The notes below the pieces were generated by a model that was not told the DNA's origin, made no database searches, and saw nothing but the letters and a program-made list of their open reading frames with translations. From Candidatus Thorarchaeota archaeon (lineage in GTDB: Archaea; Asgardarchaeota; Thorarchaeia; Thorarchaeales; Thorarchaeaceae): DNA of 64,000 bases. Position numbers and translations under genes: made by a program. Where the stretch lies: the NCBI GenBank assembly GCA_029855935.1, contig JAGSHN010000017.1:1-64000 (forward strand). The letters are read 5' to 3'. Shown in pieces: positions 9,194-18,463 of this stretch; positions within the stretch are counted from its first letter, which is position 1; each line of letters begins with the position of its first letter.

Positions 9194-11422
9194 TCAGATC
9201 ACCCCCAGGGAGACGAACAGCATAATCAGGAACAGCACGAGGCCGAATATGACGACGGCCACGTAGTCGTTGATGCGGCCTGTCTGAATCTCCTGACTCT
9301 CATCAGATACTCGGTAGCCGGCAGTGCCAATACCCTCAGCGAGCCCGTCAACCACGTGGTCATCGAACCACCGGAGCCTTGTGGAGGCGCCCTTGGCCGC
9401 ATCTGCCGACTTGAAGTCGATGCCGTCGATGATGTGGTCATCAATACGCGCTCTGTACCAGTTGACGAAACGCAGGAACTGATAGAGAATCCAGTAGTAC
9501 AGCTCGTTGATGTACCACCTGTGGCGGAGGAACGTGTGGACCCTGCGCAACAGACCTCTCTCACCGACAACGTTGTTCGGCCGGTCAGCATTCTTGATGT
9601 AGAGTACGTAGCTGGGAACAGCACCAAGGAAGAGCGCGCCGACGGTGAGCGCAAACGGGAACAGCCCCGTGGTGAACTTCGCGACAATCATCTCGGTGAG
9701 GACCTCGGTCCACATCTCCATCGTCAGCGGACCCTCCTCTGCCAGTATCGCCTGCACGAACGGGTAGACCAGAAAGGCGACCACAGTGAAGGCCGCAAGG
9801 AGATACAGCGGGACCATCATGGCAGGACCGGGGTCGTGGGGTACTGCGTGATGATGTCCGGCCTCCTCATCTAGCGGACCGGTCTCCTCCTCACTGTGCT
9901 CTGTAGAGTGCGCAGCCTCAAACTTCGGCGGACCATAGAATGTCAGGCCCATCAGTCGGATACTGTAGAAGATGGTGCAGGCGGCGGCGAGGACCGCAAA
10001 GGCGAACAAGATCCACCCGAGAGTCTCGTGTAGGGCCAGCTCGTACGAGTACTCAATGATCGAGTCCTTCGACCAGAAGCCTGAGAACGGAGGAATACCG
10101 GAGAGGGCGAGGACACCGACCCACATCACCTTGAATGTCTTGGGCATGTACTCTTTCAGACCGCCCATCTTGGTGACGTATTTTGAGTGGATGGCGTGAA
10201 TGACTCCTCCCGAGGCGAGGAACAGCAGCGCCTTGAACGCACCGTGGCTGATGACGTGGAGTATTCCGGCCGCGAAGGCTGGCTCATAGTGTGAGAGGAG
10301 ACCGCCAGTGCCTATCGCCAGCATCATGTAGCCGAGCTGACTCAATGTTGAGAACGCGAGGATCTGCTTCAGCTCGTTGGAGACCATTCCCATCGTGGCT
10401 GTCATCAGAGCAGTGATTGCACCAATGATTGCAACGATCGTAAAGAATGACGACGCAGCCTCAATGCCTACGAGCTGAAGTGGTGAGAGGAGAGCCTCAC
10501 TGTGGGAGACCTCCGAGGCCGAGGCGATCGTGACGAGAAACCGTGCAGTGATGTAGACACCTGCCTTGACCATAGTCGCCGCGTGGATGAGCGCGGAAAC
10601 CGATGTCGGGCCAGCCATCGCCTCGGGGAGCCAGACCTGCAGCGGAAACTGACCGGACTTTCCGATGGCCCCTGCAAAGATCAGCAGGAATGTGGGCAGG
10701 ACAAGTCCCGTGGCGGCCAGCACCTGCCACCAGTTCTGATAGTTCTCGGCCATCAATGAGAACGAGAAGGTGCCGGTGAAGGCGTAGAGGACCAGAATGC
10801 CACCGAGCATAAAGGCGTCACCGATGCGCGTGACAATGAAGGCCTTCGTACCGCACTGCGTGTTGTATTCGCCCTCGGTCTCATATTGGAGCAGTGGATT
10901 GGAGTATTCAATGCCGTCAGGCTCCCTCTCCGGTGGATTTCTCTTGTCATTCCAGAAGCCGATCAGTCCGTAGGAACAGAAGCCCATTATCTCCCAGCCG
11001 ATAAAGGCGATGAGGAGGTTGTTGCTGATGACGAGTGTGAGCATCCCACCGCCAAAGACGAGCATCAGGAAGAAGAACCTGTCACGGTCCTCCTCACCAG
11101 CCATGTACTCTGTGGAGTAGACGTAGATGAGGAAGCACAGCGTGCTCGCGAGGACCGTCATGATGACGGACAGTGGGTCTAGGAGAACCTCGAAGTTCAG
11201 CCCGAGCGACGGAATCCACGGCCAGCTGGTGGGACCCTTAGGAGAACCTATGTCGTAGAGCAGCGACCACGCGAGGATCATTGTGACGCCCATGAACAGC
11301 GCTGGTGTCCAGTCTCGAAGACGGTCGCTGAAACGTCCAAATACGGGGACGAGCAGCGCACCCACGAAGGGCAGCACGAGGAGGAGATAATATGGTAGTC
11401 CGAACAGCATCTCTTGGCTCAC
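9194..11422 (-). CDS. nuoL: Complex I-like antiporter subunit L with elongated lateral helix
   Basis: WEIMGFCSYGLIGFW, GKSGQFPLQVWLPEAMAGPTSVSALIHAATMVKAG, FSGFWSKD, QTGRINDY. Confidence 0.93.
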   Translation of the reverse strand: MSQEMLFGLPYYLLLVLPFVGALLVPVFGRFSDRLRDWTPALFMGVTMILAWSLLYDIGSPKGPTSWPWIPSLGLNFEVLLDPLSVIMTVLASTLCFLIYVYSTEYMAGEEDRDRFFFLMLVFGGGMLTLVISNNLLIAFIGWEIMGFCSYGLIGFWNDKRNPPEREPDGIEYSNPLLQYETEGEYNTQCGTKAFIVTRIGDAFMLGGILVLYAFTGTFSFSLMAENYQNWWQVLAATGLVLPTFLLIFAGAIGKSGQFPLQVWLPEAMAGPTSVSALIHAATMVKAGVYITARFLVTIASASEVSHSEALLSPLQLVGIEAASSFFTIVAIIGAITALMTATMGMVSNELKQILAFSTLSQLGYMMLAIGTGGLLSHYEPAFAAGILHVISHGAFKALLFLASGGVIHAIHSKYVTKMGGLKEYMPKTFKVMWVGVLALSGIPPFSGFWSKDSIIEYSYELALHETLGWILFAFAVLAAACTIFYSIRLMGLTFYGPPKFEAAHSTEHSEEETGPLDEEAGHHHAVPHDPGPAMMVPLYLLAAFTVVAFLVYPFVQAILAEEGPLTMEMWTEVLTEMIVAKFTTGLFPFALTVGALFLGAVPSYVLYIKNADRPNNVVGERGLLRRVHTFLRHRWYINELYYWILYQFLRFVNWYRARIDDHIIDGIDFKSADAAKGASTRLRWFDDHVVDGLAEGIGTAGYRVSDESQEIQTGRINDYVAVVIFGLVLFLIMLFVSLGVI
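9344..9442 (-). repeat. 26-codon internal duplication in the NuoL amphipathic helix
   Basis: DDHIIDG (first Asp codon 9442-9440) and DDHVVDG (9364-9362) are exactly 78 nt apart; DNA gatgaccacatcatcgacggc vs gatgaccacgtggttgacggg. Confidence 0.8.
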
Positions 11423-11423
11423 C

Positions 11424-12935
11424 TCACGGAACTATGTTCAACAGGCCCTGCGTGGCCCCGGCGATGACGTGTACGGCGACATCTGGAAAGACACCGAAGA
11501 ACACAATCAGCGCACCGAGCAACACCATTGGAATTGTCATCGACCTCGGCGCGTCCCTCACCGACTCAAGGTTGGTCGGCAGCGGGCCAAGGAACACCTT
11601 CATCACGAAACGCAGCATATAGCCAGCACTGACGATTGTGCTGGATACGGCAAGAATAGACAGCACGAAGAACGGCATACTGCCAATTCCTGCAGGCCCG
11701 AGAAGAGCAGCCTGAAAGCCGCCATTGAACATCATCCACTCACTGGCAAATCCTGAGAGCGGTGGCACTCCAGCGATGCTGAACGCCCCAACAGCCGCTG
11801 TGAATGCAGTTACCGGCATCCTGTTGGAGAGACCTCCCATCTCTTCGATGTTTCGAGTCCCGGTCTCGTGAATCACCGCGCCGGCGGTCATGAAGAGCAG
11901 CCCCTTTGAGAAGGCGTGATTGATGAGATGGAACAGACCGCCCTGCAGGCCGTACGAGGCCATTACACCGAGAGCGAACAGGACGTATCCCATCTGCGAG
12001 ACAGACGAATACGCCAGCAGCCTCTTGATGTCCTTCTGTGCAAGCGCCATCAGACCGCCATAGAACATCGTGAGAACACCCAGCACGCTCACCCAGAACG
12101 ACAGGGCCTGCGCTGCGGCACCGAGCATGATCACTCCGAACCTGACGAGGGCGTATGCACCAGTCTCAATCATCGCACCTGACAGGAGTACGGACACTGG
12201 TGTCGGGGCCTCGGCGTGGACTGGCGGGAGCCACCAATGGATTGGAAACACCGCCATCTTGACGAGAAAGCCAGCTGCCAGGAGTATGAATATCAGCTTC
12301 ATAGTGCTCAGAGCCATTTCTGATGTGAGGATCACACCGATGTCGGTCATTACAAAGGAGCCGGTGATGGCGTACAGTAGAGCGAATCCCGCAAGGATGG
12401 CCAGCGCACCTGACTGAGTGTAGAGCCAGAACTTCATCGCCGTGCGCTTGCGGGTCTCTGGAATGCCCCAGAACAGAATCAGGAAGTACGACGGGACGAG
12501 CATCAGCTCCCAAGCCATGAAGAACTCCACAAGGTTGGTCGCCAGTGTGACCCACTGCATACCCATTATGAAGAACAGAAGGTTGGAGAAGAATGTCCCT
12601 CTGTTCTCTGTGTGGCTCGTGTAGCCGATGGCATAGATCACGGAGAGAAAACCCAGGATAACAACTGCAAACGTGATTGGGAACGCAACGCCGTCGAGTA
12701 GAAGACCAAAGCTGCCCAGCACTGAGGACCACTCGACGACCTCCATTATGGGCTCATTGAAGACGACTATGTGGTAGAATGACGGCAACATCAAGAGCAT
12801 TGACAGGCCGGAGAAGACGGCGGCTGCAGTGCCAGCACGTTGCTCCAATGCTCCACGAAAGATGTAGATGAACAGTGCGCCGAGGAACATCACTATCAGT
12901 GATAGTGACATCAATGAGAATCCACTCAACAGCAT
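11424..12935 (-). CDS. Second NuoM-like (M2; MrpD/HyfB-like) antiporter subunit
   Basis: AWELMLVPSY, KFWLYT, VKMAVFPIHWWLPPVHAEAPTPVS, DIKRLLAYSSVSQMGY, GFASEW. Confidence 0.88.
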   Translation of the reverse strand: MLLSGFSLMSLSLIVMFLGALFIYIFRGALEQRAGTAAAVFSGLSMLLMLPSFYHIVVFNEPIMEVVEWSSVLGSFGLLLDGVAFPITFAVVILGFLSVIYAIGYTSHTENRGTFFSNLLFFIMGMQWVTLATNLVEFFMAWELMLVPSYFLILFWGIPETRKRTAMKFWLYTQSGALAILAGFALLYAITGSFVMTDIGVILTSEMALSTMKLIFILLAAGFLVKMAVFPIHWWLPPVHAEAPTPVSVLLSGAMIETGAYALVRFGVIMLGAAAQALSFWVSVLGVLTMFYGGLMALAQKDIKRLLAYSSVSQMGYVLFALGVMASYGLQGGLFHLINHAFSKGLLFMTAGAVIHETGTRNIEEMGGLSNRMPVTAFTAAVGAFSIAGVPPLSGFASEWMMFNGGFQAALLGPAGIGSMPFFVLSILAVSSTIVSAGYMLRFVMKVFLGPLPTNLESVRDAPRSMTIPMVLLGALIVFFGVFPDVAVHVIAGATQGLLNIVP

Positions 12936-13367
12936 TCAACGAAACCTCCTGCCTCGCCATTCAAGCGGCTCGCGTTCCAGTGTCTCGATTCTCTCTGGGT
13001 CGTAGTGCAAGGCCTCACGTGACGGCTCGCTCAGGTCGACCACTGGAGTGTGGAACAGGGCATTGAACCGGCACGCCTCCACGCACAGGCCACAGAAGAT
13101 GCACCTCGTGTAGTCGAAGTAAAGGGCGGCGTCCTTCTCGTACTTGCGGTCGCTCTTGTCGATGCGGATGGCCACGACCGGGCACGCGCGGACGCACTGA
13201 CCGCACGCCGTACAGTTCTCTCGAATGTGTATGTGGCGGCCACGTGTGCGCTCCGGGTACTCGCGGTCCTCAAAGGGATAGAAGTACGTGAAGGGTCGTG
13301 AGAACGTCTGACGCACGATGTGTTTCAGCACGCGAAAGATATCGCCCAGAACTCTAATCATTCCCAT
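12936..13367 (-). CDS. nuoI: Complex I-like 2x[4Fe-4S] subunit I
   Basis: YPFE, RTRGRH, CTACGQCVRACP, DYTRCIFCGLCVEAC; start at ATG 13367 after a GGAGG. Confidence 0.92.
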   Translation of the reverse strand: MGMIRVLGDIFRVLKHIVRQTFSRPFTYFYPFEDREYPERTRGRHIHIRENCTACGQCVRACPVVAIRIDKSDRKYEKDAALYFDYTRCIFCGLCVEACRFNALFHTPVVDLSEPSREALHYDPERIETLEREPLEWRGRRFR

Positions 13368-13371
13368 CTCT

Positions 13372-14529
13372 CTATCCTCCTCCTGCGAGAATGCCAGCGA
13401 GCCCCGGCACATACGCCAGCACGAGCAGCGCGACTATGATGTTCAGCATTGACAGCGGGAGGAGATACCTCCAGCTGTACTTTACTATCTGGTCCTGTCG
13501 AATCCTGTAGAAGGACGACGTAACGATGATCATCCCGAAGAGGACAACAAGGAACTTGAGGAAGAAGTTCAGGAACGGCGGAAAGCCGGGAACGCCGTAC
13601 TCGCCGCCGAAGAAGAGCGCCACGATAAGCGCGGAGTAGAGGACCTGCTTGGCGAACTCGGCAAAGTAGGTGAGCGTGAAGTAGACTCCCGAGAGCTCGG
13701 TCCTCCAGCCGAATATGACCTCCGAGTCCGCCACAGGGGCGTCAAAGGGCACCAACCCTATGCTGATGACTGCGGAGACGAGGAAGGTGACAAAGCAGAC
13801 GGGCAGCAGAACGACGTACCAGAGGTGCGTCTGGGCCTGCGATATCTGCAGCACGCTGAGCGAGCCTGCAAGAAGAGCGGGACCAACTGAGGACACTATG
13901 AGCGGTATCTCGGCCGCGAACTGGTTACTTGCCGCCCGAAATCCACCGACTAGGGTGTACTTCGAGCCGCTTATCCAGCCCGTCAGCAAAGAGATGACAG
14001 GCACGGCCGTCAGGAACGCGAACACGAGCACGAGGCTGACGGAGAGGTCGGTTATCACCCACTCGCTGGTCCACGGTACAAAGGCGAAGGGCGTGAGCAC
14101 GACTAGCAGTAGGAAGGACGGGAGAAGCCGATACATCCACCGCTTCGCTCCACGCGGGATGATTATCTCCTTCGAAATGAGCTTGATTGCGTCGGCGAAG
14201 ATCTGAAGGCCTCCGTACTTTCCGATGTGGAAAGGACCACGACGAGCCTGTACACGGCCCCACACCTTTCGTGTGAACCACACGTCAAAGATTATGAGCA
14301 TCAGGACGAAGACGAGACCGGGGAAGACTATTGCCTTGAACAGCAGCAGCCAGTTGTCTAGCGCGAGATTCCACGCCCAGACAAAGACACCCCAAGCCCA
14401 GTTGAACACGCCTACTGCCAGCGTGTATACCCAGACAATGATACCATGGATCCAGTCCGGGATTCCACGCAGCCAGCCAATGATGTCAATGTTGTCGAAC
14501 AGTTGCAACAGCAAGGCGTTCAATGTCAT
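13372..14529 (-). CDS. nuoH: Complex I-like membrane subunit H
   Basis: RKVWGRVQARRGP, GLQIFADAIKLISKE, PFDAPVADSEV, RIRQDQ; start taken at ATG 14529. Confidence 0.92.
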   Translation of the reverse strand: MTLNALLLQLFDNIDIIGWLRGIPDWIHGIIVWVYTLAVGVFNWAWGVFVWAWNLALDNWLLLFKAIVFPGLVFVLMLIIFDVWFTRKVWGRVQARRGPFHIGKYGGLQIFADAIKLISKEIIIPRGAKRWMYRLLPSFLLLVVLTPFAFVPWTSEWVITDLSVSLVLVFAFLTAVPVISLLTGWISGSKYTLVGGFRAASNQFAAEIPLIVSSVGPALLAGSLSVLQISQAQTHLWYVVLLPVCFVTFLVSAVISIGLVPFDAPVADSEVIFGWRTELSGVYFTLTYFAEFAKQVLYSALIVALFFGGEYGVPGFPPFLNFFLKFLVVLFGMIIVTSSFYRIRQDQIVKYSWRYLLPLSMLNIIVALLVLAYVPGLAGILAGGG

Positions 14530-14537
14530 CCCTCCGT

Positions 14538-15674
14538 TCACCGGTCCCACCATCCTGGGTACGGGTCCAGACTGCCGAACACGACAATGAAGTCAGCAAA
14601 CGTCGACCCGGGGACCAGATGCTTCAGGCTGTAGTAGGAGGCGAAGCACGGCCCGCGAATCTTCGCTCGGTACGGTGTCTGCGCCTTCTCTGTCGTCTTG
14701 AGCCAGACGGTCGTCACTCCCCGTGTCCCCTCGACCCGGCCATAGGCCTCTCCGGCCGGGAGACGGTTCGTCTTGGCCCGCGCCTTGGGGTCGACGATAG
14801 GCCCCTCAGGTATCTGCGGCAGCAGCTGCCGGATTATGTTGATGGATGTCTCGACCTCAAGGAATCTCTGGACCATCCTGTCGTACGCATCGCTCTGACC
14901 GGGATGGTCCGGATTATCAACAACGGGCACCTCCCAGTCGACAAGGTCATACGCCAAGTTGAGGTCAGGCCAGTCCTTGCGAAGATCCATAGGCACGCCA
15001 CAGGCCTTGATGTTCGGTCCACTGAGGCCCCACCTGAGAGCATCCTCGTAGCTGAATAGTGCAATGCCCTTGGTCCGCATTCTGAAGGTCGGGCTGCGGA
15101 GAAGCATGTCTTTGAACTTTGGCAGATGCTGTTCCAGTCGCTGTAGCGCCCTGTCAAGCTTCTTGAGGACCTTCTCATTGAAGTCGTACCTGACGCCACC
15201 GGGAGTGCTGAAGGAGACTGCGTGCCGTGAGCCGGTCAGCTCCTCGAACGTGTCCAGGAAGAACTCTCGGTCCACCCATGGCCATAGTGTCATAGCAAAC
15301 AGACCGAGCTCTGCCGAGAACTGACCCCACCAGAACTGTAGCGAGTGTATCCTGCTGGCCTCCATCATTATCGTTCTGAGGACCTTCGCACGTTCGGGCA
15401 CCTCCACGCCCGCGATCTGCTCCACTGCGCTGATGTACGGGTACTCGGCAAGAAACGCCTCAAGCATACACATCCTCTCAAGTACGAGAGGACCCTGTTT
15501 GAACGTACGAAACTCAAGGACCTTCTCTGCGGAACGATGGAAATAGCCAGCGTGAGGGTCACACTCCACAATGAAGTCGCCCACCACCGTGAGCTTGGCG
15601 GCCCAACCGTGGGCCGACACATGCTGGGGCCCGAACCACATCTCAACAGCTTCGTCGCGTATGTCGGGGCTCAT
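14538..15674 (-). CDS. nuoD: Complex I-like subunit D (non-hydrogenase large subunit)
   Basis: FGPQHVSAHG, GYFHRSAEK, PGGVRYD, GLSGPN, PYRAKIRGP; both NiFe CxxC motifs are absent (RMCMLE; DPYPGWWDR). Confidence 0.9.
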   Translation of the reverse strand: MSPDIRDEAVEMWFGPQHVSAHGWAAKLTVVGDFIVECDPHAGYFHRSAEKVLEFRTFKQGPLVLERMCMLEAFLAEYPYISAVEQIAGVEVPERAKVLRTIMMEASRIHSLQFWWGQFSAELGLFAMTLWPWVDREFFLDTFEELTGSRHAVSFSTPGGVRYDFNEKVLKKLDRALQRLEQHLPKFKDMLLRSPTFRMRTKGIALFSYEDALRWGLSGPNIKACGVPMDLRKDWPDLNLAYDLVDWEVPVVDNPDHPGQSDAYDRMVQRFLEVETSINIIRQLLPQIPEGPIVDPKARAKTNRLPAGEAYGRVEGTRGVTTVWLKTTEKAQTPYRAKIRGPCFASYYSLKHLVPGSTFADFIVVFGSLDPYPGWWDR

Positions 15675-16195
15675 TCCTTGTTCGCCTCCTGTCTGCGTGG
15701 TCTTGGCTGCGGTAGTCCAGACTCGGCCAGCCTCCTCCGGTCTGGCTGGAAGCTCTTCCTGAGCGGATACTTCCCGACCAGCTCATCAGGCAGAAGCAGT
15801 GGTCTCAGGTCGGGATGGCCTCTGAAGCCGATCCCGAACATCTCGTGAGTCTCCCGTTCGTGCCACTCAAGGCCTGGGAATATGTCACAGACCGAGTCAA
15901 TCTCCGGCTCCTCACCCTCCAGCTCGACCCTGAGCTGCACAAGTACTCTGATATCGTGTGACCAGAAGTAGTAGATAAGCTGATAGCGATCATCCTGTAG
16001 GTCGACGCCGAACATAGACTCAGGTAGAGCGTGAGGGAGCAGCTCATCGACGGACTTGACGACATCACGAATCATCCCTGCAGGTACTGTGAGTTCTGCG
16101 GTCTGGCCCTCGATCTTGTGGGCCTCAACACCGGGATGACGACGCATCAGCTCGGCCGCTACCTCAGACGGTGTAGTCGGTGGCGCCAACCTCAC
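15671..16195 (-). CDS. nuoC: Complex I-like subunit C
   Basis: WHERETHEMFGIGFRGHPDLRPLLLP...YPLRK. Confidence 0.92.
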   Translation of the reverse strand: MRLAPPTTPSEVAAELMRRHPGVEAHKIEGQTAELTVPAGMIRDVVKSVDELLPHALPESMFGVDLQDDRYQLIYYFWSHDIRVLVQLRVELEGEEPEIDSVCDIFPGLEWHERETHEMFGIGFRGHPDLRPLLLPDELVGKYPLRKSFQPDRRRLAESGLPQPRPRRQEANKE

Positions 16196-16509
16196 GACAC
16201 CTCCTCCGTTCTAGTGACCGGGATCCCCAGGTCCACGGTCCTGTATCTGCGATGGTAGAGAAGCATCAGGACCATTGCAAGGGCGGTCTCGGCTGCGGCC
16301 ACTGCGATGACTAGGATGACAAGCGCCTGGGCCGTGAATGTGAAGAATGGTCCGTACAACGCCAGCGCAATGAGGGCGATGTTGACCCCATTGGCCATGA
16401 TCTCGGCACTGATCAGTATCCTGATGAGATTGCGCTTGGAGACCATCCCGTAGGCACCCATACCAATCAGTATGAGGGCCAGCACCATGTACCAGCTCAG
16501 CGGAACCAT
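16192..16509 (-). CDS. nuoK: Complex I-like subunit K
   Basis: RNLIRILISAEIMANG, AVAAAETAL with both conserved Glu; 3 TM. Confidence 0.9.
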   Translation of the reverse strand: MVPLSWYMVLALILIGMGAYGMVSKRNLIRILISAEIMANGVNIALIALALYGPFFTFTAQALVILVIAVAAAETALAMVLMLLYHRRYRTVDLGIPVTRTEEVS

Positions 16510-17163
16510 CTACTCAACCTCCTTCTCCTCCTTAACGTCACGTGCCTCAAGGACTGGCATCCCAGATGTGGCGCTCTCGGGCTCACTCTCCTCAGGGATC
16601 GGGAGGGAGAAGTCTTCCGTTCTCGGACGAAGCTGTTCCTCCTTCTCCATCCTTATGATCGCGACAGAACCGACTAGCCCAACGAAGAGAAGCATAGCAA
16701 TTATCTCGAGATAGACAGCGTGCGTTCCCCAGAGCCACTCAGCAAGTCCCTCGAGACTCTGCGACAACGGGATGTGTTCAGGCGGGATGCTCTCCTGCCA
16801 TGGAAACAGCAGCGCGATGAGCGCTGATATGACTACAACCGAGATGGAGAGCACCAAGCCCACCTTCCGCATTCGGGGTGAATGTAGCACTTCCAGTGTC
16901 GAGTCCTGTGCCCTTGGGATGAGTAGTACACCAAAGATGATCAGTGCTGTTATGCCACCAGTGTAGATGGCTATCTGGAGCCCTGCGACGAACGGGGCTT
17001 CTAGCAGGATGAATATCCCTGCAACCCCCGTGGCCATAAAGCCGAAGAAGAACGCAGCATAGACGATGTCCCTATGCTCGAGCGCCAAGTAGGCAAGGAC
17101 TATCACCACACCCGCGATGAGCAGGAACTCGATATTCTCGAAGAGTATCTCAGCCTCTTGCAT
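16510..17163 (-). CDS. nuoJ: Complex I-like subunit J
   Basis: LEAPFVAGLQIAIYTGGI motif, about 5 TM; start at ATG 17163. Confidence 0.88.
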   Translation of the reverse strand: MQEAEILFENIEFLLIAGVVIVLAYLALEHRDIVYAAFFFGFMATGVAGIFILLEAPFVAGLQIAIYTGGITALIIFGVLLIPRAQDSTLEVLHSPRMRKVGLVLSISVVVISALIALLFPWQESIPPEHIPLSQSLEGLAEWLWGTHAVYLEIIAMLLFVGLVGSVAIIRMEKEEQLRPRTEDFSLPIPEESEPESATSGMPVLEARDVKEEKEVE

Positions 17164-17170
17164 CGTGAAC

Positions 17171-17605
17171 TCATCCCTCCGAATGCAACCCCGTGGCCTG
17201 CTCCTTGGCAGCCTCATAGAGGGCTACCACCTCGGGACCCGTCATCTGCGCCTTTGGTAGAATCTTCAGAACAAACATCACAGCAGCCATTATGACCGCA
17301 GCAAAGACTACGACCTGCCACACAACGAACACCGAGGTCCTCAGTGCTGAGACCGCATACAGCCACATGAAAGCGCCCATCACGTCCACTACGAGAAACA
17401 GTACCGTGTAGATGATGTAGCTGTACGGAAAGCTGATCCGAGCCGGACCGAGAGGCTCCTCGCCACATTCGTAGGTGGATGTCTTCTCCGAGTTCTGGAG
17501 GACATGCGGACGCAGGACCCACGATGCAAGCAGCATCACGATTACGAGTGCTGTGACAAGGCCCATCCATAAGAGTAGAGGCACAAAGTCGATGAACAGT
17601 CGCAC
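17171..17605 (-). CDS. nuoA: Complex I-like subunit A
   Basis: EKTSTYECGEEP, LFLVVDV; 3 TM. Confidence 0.9.
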   Translation of the reverse strand: MRLFIDFVPLLLWMGLVTALVIVMLLASWVLRPHVLQNSEKTSTYECGEEPLGPARISFPYSYIIYTVLFLVVDVMGAFMWLYAVSALRTSVFVVWQVVVFAAVIMAAVMFVLKILPKAQMTGPEVVALYEAAKEQATGLHSEG

Positions 17606-17741
17606 TACAGTCCAGCTCCGTTGCAGGTCACAGGCGGTCAGTCAATTGCGGCCAACCCGGTACCCGACTCGTTGGGCGCCCAGGCTGCCGTGTAAGAAGG
17701 TCATCCAAGCCTGGTTCTTGGTCTCCGTCGTGGCTCTATGG

Positions 17742-17756
17742 GTGATAAAAACGCTT
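17742..17756 (-). promoter_or_regulatory. Putative BRE/TATA promoter of the nuo operon
   Basis: Minus strand AAGCGTTTTTATCAC, about 140 nt upstream of nuoA. Confidence 0.45.
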
Positions 17757-18025
17757 CGCCATGTGACTATGACCTTTTGTCGACCCACGCACTGGCCCCA
17801 CTGACCTTGCGGAAGAAGAAAACAGGAAGGAGTGCTACCACGGCAATAGGTGCGAGGGCTGGCCGCGAATTTGATCCGTGTACTGGTTCTTGCCAACAAC
17901 GATTCTGATTGCAAAGATCACTATGGCCGCCCGATCTTGTCGCAGTTGAAGTGTGCCCGCCTAGGTCTACTACCACATTGATGTCGTGACCTCACATCCC
18001 CACCGGAATTCCGACAATAGTACTG

Positions 18026-18040
18026 GTGATTCAGAATCAC
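18026..18040. promoter_or_regulatory. Perfect 7-bp inverted repeat (possible operator)
   Basis: GTGATTC-A-GAATCAC in the 860-nt intergenic region. Confidence 0.25.
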
Positions 18041-18463
18041 GATGCGCCTGATGACTCCTCGACGCACTGTGTCAATCCGCTACCGAGTCTTGTGTTTTTC
18101 CACATCTAGATTCAGAAGTGCTCCAATCGAGCCGTCTATGGTTGCTGGTACTATGATGGAGTGAAGGGACTGCCATGCCTATGAAAGGCCAGACTTTCTC
18201 TTTTCGACAGGCAATTGACAGTGCAGAATGACACATGCTGGACCGGCATCAAGAAGCGTCCCCATCACGGCAATGAGAAACCAAGTCCTTGCACCCAACC
18301 ACACAATGACCTTATGCAACAACAGGGTAGGGATTTGCAAGGTGATTCGATATCGGTCTAGGGACCCCGAGCCGTTCTGAGGCGCCTGACAAGAGGACGC
18401 GAACAAGATATTCCCTCGCAGAGAACCACGCTTAAATGCTCTTGAGATGATAGTATCACGAGA

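Noticed and set aside
14538-15674. Group 4 [NiFe]-hydrogenase large subunit
   Set aside because: Both CxxC nickel-binding motifs are missing, the linked NuoB has the complex I CC motif, and there are no hyp genes in the window.
17606-18463. tRNA or other structured RNA in the long intergenic regions (also 47717-48520)
   Set aside because: No cloverleaf, T-loop or repeat array was recognisable by eye; an Infernal scan would be needed to exclude one.
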